Assembly: GCA_965116495.1 (NCBI GenBank) | Contig: OZ220696.1 | Coordinates: 384,001 to 448,000, forward strand | Source: Gammaproteobacteria bacterium | GTDB taxonomy: Bacteria; Pseudomonadota; Gammaproteobacteria; Eutrophobiales; Eutrophobiaceae | Length of the DNA: 64,000 nucleotides | Direction: 5' to 3' | Made by a program: the position numbers and the translations under genes | Notes under the pieces: model-generated | Database searches by the model: none | Told to the model about the DNA's origin: nothing | The model's input: the letters and a program-made list of their open reading frames with translations, nothing else | Part shown: piece by piece, positions 47,488 through 56,635 of the stretch | Position numbering within the stretch: the first letter of the stretch is position 1 | Layout of the letters: each line of letters opens with the position of its first letter

Positions 47488-49523
47488 TGGGCTCATATAA
47501 CCTGGGCATCGATATTGGCGGGACATTCATCGACGCAATCCTGTTTGATGGCAAGACAGGCGAGACCAGGCTGGAAAAGGCGCCGACTGTTCCTCAAAAC
47601 CCGTCTTCCGGTGTGCTGCGTGCCGTTGACAAGCTGGGGATTGACCTCGGTGAAGTCGGCACGATCGTTCACGGCACAACCCTGGGTCTCAATGCCGTGC
47701 TCGAACGGCGCGGTGCAAGCGTTGGAATAGTCACCACGGAGGGTTTCCGGGATATCCTCGAACTGGGTAGGGGCGACCTGCCCGCAGATCACATGTATGA
47801 CATGCATTACCGGCGCCCGGAACCCCTGGTGCAAAGGCGCCGGATTGCCGGTGTCCCTGAACGGCTCAATGTGGACGGCAAGGTAGATGTCAGACTGGAT
47901 GGAGATGCAGTGGTCAATGCCGTCAACCATCTGGTGCATAAGCAGGATGTTTCCTCAATGGCTATCTGTTGTCTGCACTCATACAGAAATCCCGAACATG
48001 AACGGCAAATTGCTGCAATCGCGCGCGAACTGTTCCCTGACATATGGTTATCGGTTTCCCATGAGGTTGTGCGTGAATACCGCGAGTATGAGCGTACCTG
48101 CACCACCGTTCTGGATGCCTACATCCGGCCCATTTTCGAGAGATACATAGACGATCTTTACTCGGACCTGGCAGACAAGGGATTTACCGGAAGATTCCTG
48201 GTGATGCGCAGCAGTGGTGGGGCAATGACGGCGCAGGCGGCAAAACAACGACCCCTGGACAGTGTGATGTCGGGTCCTGCCGGCGGCATCATCGGCGCCT
48301 CATACCTGGCACAACAATTGCGGCTGGACCGTGTACTGACCATGGACTTCGGCGGCACCAGCCTGGATACCTGCGTTATCGAGAATGCCGCACCGGACGT
48401 GATCCATGAAACTCGGTTGCAGCACATGCCGGTGTTAATCCCAACTTTTGATATCCGTTGCCTGGGCGCAGGCGGTGGTTCTATCGCCTGGCTGGAGGAA
48501 GGCATGCTCAGGCTCGGGCCGCAAAGCGCAGGCGCCGAACCCGGACCCATCGCGTACGGCCGGGGCGGGAAGGAGCCGACGTTGACGGACGCGGCCCTGG
48601 TACTGGGGTATATCGACCCGGACAATTTTCTGAATGGAGAACTGCCGCTCTACATGACCGAAGCGCGCAAGGGACTGGAATCCGAAATAGCCACGCCCAT
48701 GGGAGCTGATGCCCTGGAAGCCGCTGCGGGAATTTTCTCCGTGCTGGTCGCGCAGACGGAAGGCGCAGTCCGTGAAATTACGATAGAGCAGGGTAAGGAT
48801 CCGAAGGAATTCTCGATACTTGCATTCGGCGGAGCCGGACCGCTGGTTGCGCCGTTGCTGGCATTGGAAATGGGTATACCCAGCACGATCATCCCAAACG
48901 TACCGGCTGTATTCTCTGCATGGGGGATGTTGATGGCGGACCTGGCGACGGACGTTGCGCGGACGTATATTGTCGAATTGGAAGAGTCACAATTGCCGGG
49001 GATTGCCGAACTGTTTCAGGTACTGGAACAAGAAGCATCGTCAAGCCTGACACAGCAGGGAGTGGAGACGGATAAGCAAGCCATGGTGAGGTACATGGAA
49101 ATGCGCTACCTGGGTCAGGAGCATACACTGAAACTGGAGGTGCAGGGCATGCCTGCGTATGAGGCTATGCGTTCCCTGTTTGACTCCGCCCATGAACAGC
49201 GCTACGGACACAGGACGGAACAGCCCCTGGAACTTGTGAACCTGCGCGTGACTGGTCTCGGGCGTGTCGCCAAACCCGGACTGGCAAGGCAATCGGCCAC
49301 AACCTCAACCGGGTCTTTCGAAAACGTATCTGGAACGCGCAAGGCCTATTGTTTCAGGGATAGGAAGATGAAAGTATTTCAACTTGTCGAACGGCACAGA
49401 CTGGTTCCCGGAGACTGTATTTCCGGCCCGGCGATCATTGATGAAGGAACGTCGACCACGGTTATATATACCGGCCAGGTCTGCACGCTTGACGATTTCG
49501 GGCACCTGTTAATCACCACGTAG
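47487..49523 (+). CDS. Hydantoinase/oxoprolinase subunit A
   Basis: GIDIGGTFID, HGTT, SGPAGG, DFGGTS, GAGGGS, AFGGAG. Confidence 0.92.
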   Translation: MGSYNLGIDIGGTFIDAILFDGKTGETRLEKAPTVPQNPSSGVLRAVDKLGIDLGEVGTIVHGTTLGLNAVLERRGASVGIVTTEGFRDILELGRGDLPADHMYDMHYRRPEPLVQRRRIAGVPERLNVDGKVDVRLDGDAVVNAVNHLVHKQDVSSMAICCLHSYRNPEHERQIAAIARELFPDIWLSVSHEVVREYREYERTCTTVLDAYIRPIFERYIDDLYSDLADKGFTGRFLVMRSSGGAMTAQAAKQRPLDSVMSGPAGGIIGASYLAQQLRLDRVLTMDFGGTSLDTCVIENAAPDVIHETRLQHMPVLIPTFDIRCLGAGGGSIAWLEEGMLRLGPQSAGAEPGPIAYGRGGKEPTLTDAALVLGYIDPDNFLNGELPLYMTEARKGLESEIATPMGADALEAAAGIFSVLVAQTEGAVREITIEQGKDPKEFSILAFGGAGPLVAPLLALEMGIPSTIIPNVPAVFSAWGMLMADLATDVARTYIVELEESQLPGIAELFQVLEQEASSSLTQQGVETDKQAMVRYMEMRYLGQEHTLKLEVQGMPAYEAMRSLFDSAHEQRYGHRTEQPLELVNLRVTGLGRVAKPGLARQSATTSTGSFENVSGTRKAYCFRDRKMKVFQLVERHRLVPGDCISGPAIIDEGTSTTVIYTGQVCTLDDFGHLLITT

Positions 49524-49534
49524 GGTTTAACCTG

Positions 49535-51247
49535 ATGGATAGCGCAACGATCGGAGTCATCCATAGTTACCTGTGTTCAGCGGCGGAAGAAATGCGGCGT
49601 ACCTTGATTCGCACTGCATTCAGCCCCGTCATTTACGAAGTGCTGGACTTCGGGATTTCCATATACAGTAGCGATCTCGACCTAATTGCCGATGCGCCGG
49701 GACTTGCGTTCTTTCTCGGCGCCAATGATTATGCCGTGAAAACCGGCATAGAGCGGGTTGGAGTCGACAACCTGGAACCTGGCGATATCATCGCCCTGAA
49801 TTACCCGTACTGGAGTTCGGCCCATGCCGCGGACGTAGCTCTGTTTGCCCCTGTGTTTGACGATGGAGAGGACAGGCCTTTCGCCTATACCTGTATCCGC
49901 GCGCACTGGCTCGATATGGGCGCCAAGGACCCTGGCTACGTGCTTGATTCAACCGATATTCACCAGGAAGGGTTGATACTGCCGGCAGTCAAGGTCTACA
50001 AGCGCGGTAAGCCGGACAAGGAACTGCTTGATGTCATCCGCTTCAATTCCCGCATGCCGGAGAACGTCCTGGGGGACCTGGAGGCACAGGTGGCGGCGAC
50101 ACAGACGGGTATCGATCGCCTGAAACAGGTGCGCAGGAAATTCGGTGGTGACGTCCTGGCCCGGGCGATCACCGGCATACTCGATTACGGGGAGAGGATC
50201 ACGAGAAAAGCATTGAAAGAAATTCCCAACGGCAGCTGGACAGCCGAGGACTACGTGGATGATGACGGTATCGATGATGAAATTATCCCGTTGCGGGTCA
50301 GGGTTACCGTGAAAAATGACAGGTTTATCGTGGATTTCAGCGAATCTCCAGGTGCCGCGGTCGGGCCGGTCAACATTCCTTTTGGTCTTACTCAGACAAT
50401 AGGCAAGGTGGTACTGAAAATGCTGACGGCGCCGAACCATCCTAGCAACGCCGGATGTTTCCGTCCCCTTGAAGTCATCGCGCCTCCCGGCAACCTGTTC
50501 CATGCGGTTTATCCTGCCGCAACATATACACTATGGCCGGCGATGGTGGCCCTGGAACTGGTTTTGAAAGCACTGTCAGTGGCGATGCCAGACAGGATCC
50601 CTGCCTGTTCGGGCGGGGATGTTCCTGGGTTTATGATGTACGGTAAGGAACCGGCAAGCGGCCGGCCCTATGCGATCAGCAATAATGAACCGGTGGGGTG
50701 GGGCGCCGCGGCTGGCCATGACGGCGCCAATGCGCATAATCATGTCTCCACGACCATGGTGCGCAACACTCCTATCGAAGTCATGGAAGCAAAAACGGGC
50801 ATGCAGTTTGACCGCGTCGAATTGCGCTGTGATAGCGGCGGCGGCGGTAAATTCAGGGGCGGCCTGGGAATTTACCGGGACATCCGGTTTGTCTGGCCGG
50901 GACATTTCCTGTCCATCACCAAAAAAAGTAAAACGTCTCCCTGGTCACTGGAAGGAGGTCACAGACCGCAACCGAATGAGTTTCATGTGTTTCCGGATAC
51001 GGCGCGGAACACTAAGGTAGGCACGTACAGGACCGCTGTCTCCCCGGGCGAACATATCCTCAGCGTTTCTGCTGGAGGAGGGGGTCACGGCAATCCAGGG
51101 CTAAGGGATCCCGGCCTGGTCCTCAATGACGTGCTGGATGGTTACGTATCCGTTGAGGCCGCGGAGGAAATCTACAAGGTTGTCATAAAGGACGGGAAGG
51201 TCGATACGCGGGCGACGTCTGCACTGCGGAAAACAACCGGTGATTGA
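49535..51247 (+). CDS. Hydantoinase B/oxoprolinase subunit B
   Basis: EEM..TLIRTAFSPVIYE.LDF, NYPY..HAAD, DSGGGGKFRGG, GGGGHGNP. Confidence 0.92.
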   Translation: MDSATIGVIHSYLCSAAEEMRRTLIRTAFSPVIYEVLDFGISIYSSDLDLIADAPGLAFFLGANDYAVKTGIERVGVDNLEPGDIIALNYPYWSSAHAADVALFAPVFDDGEDRPFAYTCIRAHWLDMGAKDPGYVLDSTDIHQEGLILPAVKVYKRGKPDKELLDVIRFNSRMPENVLGDLEAQVAATQTGIDRLKQVRRKFGGDVLARAITGILDYGERITRKALKEIPNGSWTAEDYVDDDGIDDEIIPLRVRVTVKNDRFIVDFSESPGAAVGPVNIPFGLTQTIGKVVLKMLTAPNHPSNAGCFRPLEVIAPPGNLFHAVYPAATYTLWPAMVALELVLKALSVAMPDRIPACSGGDVPGFMMYGKEPASGRPYAISNNEPVGWGAAAGHDGANAHNHVSTTMVRNTPIEVMEAKTGMQFDRVELRCDSGGGGKFRGGLGIYRDIRFVWPGHFLSITKKSKTSPWSLEGGHRPQPNEFHVFPDTARNTKVGTYRTAVSPGEHILSVSAGGGGHGNPGLRDPGLVLNDVLDGYVSVEAAEEIYKVVIKDGKVDTRATSALRKTTGD

Positions 51248-51316
51248 CCTGATGTTTCCCGAAAGAATGTGCTGCACCGGGGACAGGTGTCCCTGATGCC
51301 CGTATCAGGATAAGGG

Positions 51317-52594
51317 ATGGCCCGTTTCCAGCCAGGTGACGATTACTCCCACCAACCGGTTCCGGAAAATGAAAGGACCGACGCCTATTATATTGCCGTT
51401 ATAATTATCGGCGGCACCATCGCCGTGCCGGGTTTCCTGATGGCGTCTAATATCAGCCAGGGCGCCGGGTTCTATCCGGGATTGATCGGCTTTATCTTGG
51501 GGTGCCAGGTCCTGGCGATAACCGGCGTTTTTGCCGGCATGGTGGGGGCCCGTTCCAAGCTGTCCACCTACCTGATCCTGCGCTATTCCTTCGGCGTGGC
51601 CGGTTACCGGTTCGCGAATTTCCTGATTGCCCTGGTCATGTTCTTCTGGTTTGCTATCCTCTGTAACCTGTTCGGAGCGGCAGCGGAGGAAATCGTATCC
51701 ATCGTTACCGGGATGGAACTCTCCAGGCAATGGCTCGGAGTCCTGGGTGGTTTGATCATGGTAGGTGTGACCATCTACGGGTTTCGTGCGATACAAAAGA
51801 TGGCGCTGTTCATGGTTCCCCTGCTGGCGGTCATCCTGTTGTATGGGGCGTACAGGTCGGTCGTATCCAGCGATGCCGGATTGCTCGGCAGCCCCGGAAC
51901 AGGCGTCCTGGGGATAGGGGGCGCCATATCGGTTGTCATCGGTGCGTACAGCGGCGGCATTGTGACCCTGCCCGATTACCTGCGCTACGCCCGCCACCCG
52001 GAACGCGCACTGGGCGCCGTGTATTTCGCACTGGGAGTTTCATTTCCCATTGTGTTGACGGTCACTGCCATACCCAGTGTGCTTTCAGGCGAACAGGACC
52101 TGATCAGGATCATGCTCACACTCGGTGTCGGGGTTGGCGCCCTGATCGTCCTGATCTTTTCCACGATGTCCAGCAACGTGGGAATGCTGTATTCGGTAGG
52201 CCTGTCAATTGCCGCTTCATTCAAACAGGTAGCATTCTGGCGCAGTGTCGCCCTGTTCGGCCTGCTGGCCACACTGCTTTCCATATTTGATATCGTTACC
52301 TACTTTATTCCGTATATCAGCGTACTGGGAATTTGTATTCCGAGCCTGTGCGGTATCTATATCTGTGATTTCTTTTATGTTAACAGGCAGAATTACTCAC
52401 CTGAAAAACTCGAGACGCTCCCCGCCTATAACCTGCCGGCATTTCTGGCATGGGGCGCGGGATTCCTGGTAGGTTTGCTGAGCGTGAAGGGATATATCAC
52501 CATTACGACGGTATCCGCCTTTGATTCCATGCTGGCTGCCGCATTCTGTTACTGTTTGACATCGTCAAGGCAAACTTTGACGACGACTAAATGA
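51317..52594 (+). CDS. Cytosine/purine permease (NCS1, CodB-like)
   Basis: Multi-TM, LRYSFG, PDYLRYA. Confidence 0.85.
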   Translation: MARFQPGDDYSHQPVPENERTDAYYIAVIIIGGTIAVPGFLMASNISQGAGFYPGLIGFILGCQVLAITGVFAGMVGARSKLSTYLILRYSFGVAGYRFANFLIALVMFFWFAILCNLFGAAAEEIVSIVTGMELSRQWLGVLGGLIMVGVTIYGFRAIQKMALFMVPLLAVILLYGAYRSVVSSDAGLLGSPGTGVLGIGGAISVVIGAYSGGIVTLPDYLRYARHPERALGAVYFALGVSFPIVLTVTAIPSVLSGEQDLIRIMLTLGVGVGALIVLIFSTMSSNVGMLYSVGLSIAASFKQVAFWRSVALFGLLATLLSIFDIVTYFIPYISVLGICIPSLCGIYICDFFYVNRQNYSPEKLETLPAYNLPAFLAWGAGFLVGLLSVKGYITITTVSAFDSMLAAAFCYCLTSSRQTLTTTK

Positions 52595-53490
52595 GTCTAC
52601 GGGTAGGTGTCGTCGGCTGGGGAGATGCCGGCAGGATTCATGCAAAACACCTGGCGGCGCACGGCGCGCGCCTGGTCGGCGTAGTCTCGCGCAGGCCGCC
52701 GGATTCGGATTTCCCCTGGTTCAGGAGTCTGGAAGATATCCTGCCCGAGGTGGATGCGCTCACGATTGCCACGCCCAATGATCTTCACGCCGGGATGGCG
52801 TTGAAGGCAGTACAGGCGGGTAAGTCAGTCATGGTCGAGAAACCGCTGTGTATAACCCGTGAGGAACTGAGACAGCTCGAACTTGTTCTTCCATCTGCAA
52901 ACGTTCTCTTTCACCTCGGCTATCGCCTTCGTTTCAACGACGAGATTCGACGTTTGCGCCGACCGAAAGGCGACGGGGTTGTTCCCCGCAGAGTACATTG
53001 CAGCTATCAACTGGGAATTGACCGGTTAGCGCCCGGGAAAAGCTGGATCCGCGACCCTGCGCGTAGCGGGGGAGCTTTTTTTGTACTGGGGAGCCATTGT
53101 CATGACCTGGTCCGCTGGCTCTGCCGGGCCCGGGGTAGGGCGCTGACGAATCTTGCTGTGCCTGACAAATTACAGGGTGATTTCCCGCTCCGGGTTTCAC
53201 TTATGGGCCGGCTGGGAGAAACGGAACTCGGAATCTCGGTGGATATGAGAGGATACGCAGATTATCGCCTGCAAATTACGGTGGAATGGCCGGATGAAGA
53301 TGAGCCCCGTTCAGTTGTTCTCTCGGGAGAGCGCCCCGGAGTACGGGAAGAAGCCGAGTACTCCGGTCTCATGGGCAACTTCGTACAGGCCGCAGAGCAA
53401 GGACTGGTTGACCCCGTCACTATTACAGAAATTCTGCAAACCCATCGTGAGCTTCTCGATGCCAGGAATAAACGGCAAAGTCATTGCTGA
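52591..53490 (+). CDS. Gfo/Idh/MocA oxidoreductase
   Basis: GWGDAG, IATPNDLH, VEKP, SGGA. Confidence 0.85.
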   Translation: MSLRVGVVGWGDAGRIHAKHLAAHGARLVGVVSRRPPDSDFPWFRSLEDILPEVDALTIATPNDLHAGMALKAVQAGKSVMVEKPLCITREELRQLELVLPSANVLFHLGYRLRFNDEIRRLRRPKGDGVVPRRVHCSYQLGIDRLAPGKSWIRDPARSGGAFFVLGSHCHDLVRWLCRARGRALTNLAVPDKLQGDFPLRVSLMGRLGETELGISVDMRGYADYRLQITVEWPDEDEPRSVVLSGERPGVREEAEYSGLMGNFVQAAEQGLVDPVTITEILQTHRELLDARNKRQSHC

Positions 53491-53565
53491 ACAATGCCTC
53501 CTGGGAGTTCCCGGCAACAGGGGTTCTCCAGTTCTGAAATGAACCTGATTTGAAGATTCTGCGTC

Positions 53566-53594
53566 TTGACAGTGCAGGATTGATATTGAATACT
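53566..53594 (+). promoter_or_regulatory. Candidate sigma70 promoter
   Basis: TTGACA-17 bp-AATACT. Confidence 0.4.
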
Positions 53595-53689
53595 TGAATT
53601 ACTGATGTTTCCCGGCGCGACGGTTTACGTGCTCAGGAAACACAACCCCCGGATATAAGACATTTTCTGCTACCACCAGGAGAGGAAAC

Positions 53690-55087
53690 GTGAAGCCGAT
53701 ACTGGCAGTCGTCGTCCTGTTCATGTGTTTATACGCTCTTTTCCCGGGATTGCCTGCGAGCACCGAGGCGGATCTCGTGGCAAAGGGAGAGGATATCTTT
53801 TTCAACGAGACGTTTGCCGGGAACGGCCGCACCTGTTCGACCTGCCACCGTCCGGAGGACAACTGGCGTATCACACCGGCATTCATTGCCACGTTGCCCG
53901 AGGATGATCCGCTCTTCGCCCATGAATTCATGCCGGCGTTAGGGGAGAACTTCGAGAAAGCAGACCTCCTGCGGGAGTGGGGCCTGATCCTGATCAACCC
54001 TGATGGCTTCGTCGACCTGGAGAATGACTACGTGATGCGCACCGTGAATTCCCTGCGCTCCGTCCGCACCAGCGTGGAGGGCATGCCCCACGAAGGCATG
54101 GAGAACCAGCTCGATTTCATGGAGCCGCTCACCGGGTGGGCGGGGGACGGTGCGCCCGGCGACGGCAGCCTCCGGTCATTCGCCTTCGGGGCCGTCCTCC
54201 AGCATATGCCCAGGACGCTTGCCCGCAAGCCCGGGGTTGACTTTCGCCTTCCCACCGACGCAGAACTGGATGCGCTGGAAGCGTTCATGCTCACCATCGG
54301 ACGCCAGGAGGAACTCTCGCTGCCCCTGCCGTTGAAGGGGGACCTGGCGCTGCGCGGGCAGGAACTGTTCATTGACAGGGATAACAGCAACGGCCGCTGC
54401 AATGTCTGCCATATCAATGCCGGCGCGTCTTCGCTCCAGGCAAGCGTACTGCCGCAGGGCCGCATCGTGAATCTCGGCAGCATTGTCCATGCCACCGGCG
54501 AGGAGTTCGCACCGGGGAAGCCGACCGAACTCATTCCGCTGGATGGTGGCTACAAGGACACGCACCAGTTCAATACCCCGCCGGTGGTCGAGGCGGCGGA
54601 CGCCGGGCCGTTGTTCCACAGCGGGTTCGTGAAGTCGGTCGAAGAGGCGGTGGACATCTACAATCTCGATGCGTTCAGGAACTCGGGAGTAGGTGTCGCG
54701 CTCACCAAACGCTTCGGAACCGAGACTGATTTATCCGCCAGCGAGGTTCTCGCTATCGGCGCGTTCATGAGGGTCATCAACGCACTCGAAAACATCCGGG
54801 AAACCACTGAACTTCTGGAGTCCAGCCTTGAGAAGGGGTTCTTCGAGAGCGTGCGGGCGCGCGAACTGATACGGCGGGCGGCCTACGAGACGGAAGACGC
54901 CATCATCGTTCTTGACGGTGTGAACCTCCATCCGCTGGCGGTGGGGAGCTTGCGCAGGGCGGAGGAGATCATACACAGCGCCCGGGAAGCAACATTCGCG
55001 CGCAGCGATCTTACCCGGGACGCGCTCGCCGAACTCCAGCGTGCGCGTGAGATATTGATTGAGTCAGAAAAGACGGAGGCTGGATAG
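53690..55087 (+). CDS. Exported di-heme c-type cytochrome (bCcP/MauG superfamily-like)
   Basis: Signal peptide; CSTCH and CNVCH; FNTP...GPLFHSG. Confidence 0.8.
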   Translation: MKPILAVVVLFMCLYALFPGLPASTEADLVAKGEDIFFNETFAGNGRTCSTCHRPEDNWRITPAFIATLPEDDPLFAHEFMPALGENFEKADLLREWGLILINPDGFVDLENDYVMRTVNSLRSVRTSVEGMPHEGMENQLDFMEPLTGWAGDGAPGDGSLRSFAFGAVLQHMPRTLARKPGVDFRLPTDAELDALEAFMLTIGRQEELSLPLPLKGDLALRGQELFIDRDNSNGRCNVCHINAGASSLQASVLPQGRIVNLGSIVHATGEEFAPGKPTELIPLDGGYKDTHQFNTPPVVEAADAGPLFHSGFVKSVEEAVDIYNLDAFRNSGVGVALTKRFGTETDLSASEVLAIGAFMRVINALENIRETTELLESSLEKGFFESVRARELIRRAAYETEDAIIVLDGVNLHPLAVGSLRRAEEIIHSAREATFARSDLTRDALAELQRAREILIESEKTEAG

Positions 55088-55155
55088 CTGCGACCAGTGT
55101 TGAGATAGCGTGATAATCTCGAAAAGCGCTCGAGTCTTTCCCGGGGTATTAATAT

Positions 55156-55184
55156 TTGAAAACATGCCGAATTACTGACATAAT
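55156..55184 (+). promoter_or_regulatory. Candidate sigma70 promoter
   Basis: TTGAAA-17 bp-CATAAT. Confidence 0.5.
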
Positions 55185-55226
55185 CCTAGGGAAGTTATCT
55201 AAGTCTTCCAATAATCTCACGGGGGA

Positions 55227-56627
55227 ATGGGGGGGGTGACGTTGAGGAAGTTTACATGCATCATCCTTATGCTGCTGTTGTGGTCGTCGGGTTGTTCGGG
55301 CGACCAGCCAGGTTCTGGTAGCGAACTCATCATTACAGATGTCACCTTGATCGACGGCACCGGGTCTGAGCCGCAGGCTGGGGTCGATATCCGCATAGCC
55401 GATGGCCGGATTGTTGAAATCGGTCCGGATTTGTCGGCTTCTTCAGGAGCAGAGACTATCGGCGGCAGCGGGAAATATGTCATCCCCGGTCTAATCGATG
55501 CCCACGTCCACATGGACGCTCCCATTGTCTTCCAGCTTACACCCGAGGAGAAAACCCAGGTCATTGAGAACAACCCCAGGGCTTTTCTGTACAACGGCGT
55601 CACCGCGGTCCTCAACGTATCCTCGAAGGTGGACTGGATCTTCGAACAGCGCCAGGCCGAGCGGGAAGGCAGGCTGCTGTCGCCCAGGCTATACGTAATG
55701 GGCCGTTCTTTTACGCCGGTAGATGGCTGGGGCAGCCGGCATGGCGGCGCCCTTGCCGATGCCGATGATGCAGTGGCCCGCGCCCGGGAGTACATCAGCC
55801 GTGGCACGGATGGGTTCAAGGTGATCATCGAAGACGGTCTGGGAGCATCAGGCACCTACAAAAGAATGAGCGAAGAGATGATGATGGCCATTTCGAAGAT
55901 CGCCCATGAGAACAATGTCCCGATCTATACGCATGCCATCAACCTGGACGAATTCCATTCGGCGGTGGCAATGTTATCAACGGCTATCGTCCATGGGCTT
56001 GAAGACCCCATCCCGCCCGGCGATACCATTCTGCAGGACATGGTCGACAACAACGTGATGTTTGTTCCCACCCATAGCCTCTGGGAGGCGTTCCTGCGCC
56101 ACGACGAGGCGGCAGCCGACCTGAATGATCCGATACTGCGTGACAGCGTTCCCCATTTTCTCCTGGACTATATGCAGGATCCGGACTATCGCGCCGAGGA
56201 GACCCGCCGCTTCCTGGCAGTGGCCGACATGCCGGTTTACAAGTGGGCTGAAGATAAGATTCCTGTCTTCAGTGAGAATATCCTGAAGGCGCACCAGGCC
56301 GGAGTAATTGTCGCCACCGGGACCGACGCAGGCGGACCGGTGGGGTTCAACTTCCAGGGCTATAATCTCCCTTGGGAGGTCAAGCTGTTCGTGCAGGCAG
56401 GATTGACCCCGATGGAAGCCCTGGTGGCGGCCACACTCAACGGCGCTAGGGTAATCGGCGTTGAGGATCAACTGGGCACGGTGGAGGCTGGGAAACTGGC
56501 CGATCTCCTGATCCTGACCGCTAACCCGCTTGATGACATAGAGAACATTCGCCAGATTGAGACCATCATCTACAAAGGCAAGGCCTACCCGCGTATGGAG
56601 TTTGCCTATCAACCCCCGAACGAGTGA
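55227..56627 (+). CDS. Amidohydrolase, probable lipoprotein
   Basis: SSGC lipobox-like; PGLIDAHVH, GTDAG, GKLADL. Confidence 0.88.
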   Translation: MGGVTLRKFTCIILMLLLWSSGCSGDQPGSGSELIITDVTLIDGTGSEPQAGVDIRIADGRIVEIGPDLSASSGAETIGGSGKYVIPGLIDAHVHMDAPIVFQLTPEEKTQVIENNPRAFLYNGVTAVLNVSSKVDWIFEQRQAEREGRLLSPRLYVMGRSFTPVDGWGSRHGGALADADDAVARAREYISRGTDGFKVIIEDGLGASGTYKRMSEEMMMAISKIAHENNVPIYTHAINLDEFHSAVAMLSTAIVHGLEDPIPPGDTILQDMVDNNVMFVPTHSLWEAFLRHDEAAADLNDPILRDSVPHFLLDYMQDPDYRAEETRRFLAVADMPVYKWAEDKIPVFSENILKAHQAGVIVATGTDAGGPVGFNFQGYNLPWEVKLFVQAGLTPMEALVAATLNGARVIGVEDQLGTVEAGKLADLLILTANPLDDIENIRQIETIIYKGKAYPRMEFAYQPPNE

Positions 56628-56635
56628 GGTAAAAA

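Noticed and set aside
52591-53490. Gfo/Idh/MocA gene as the missing ligC
   Set aside because: It lies over 40 kb away, is coupled to the NCS1 operon, and shows only generic family motifs.
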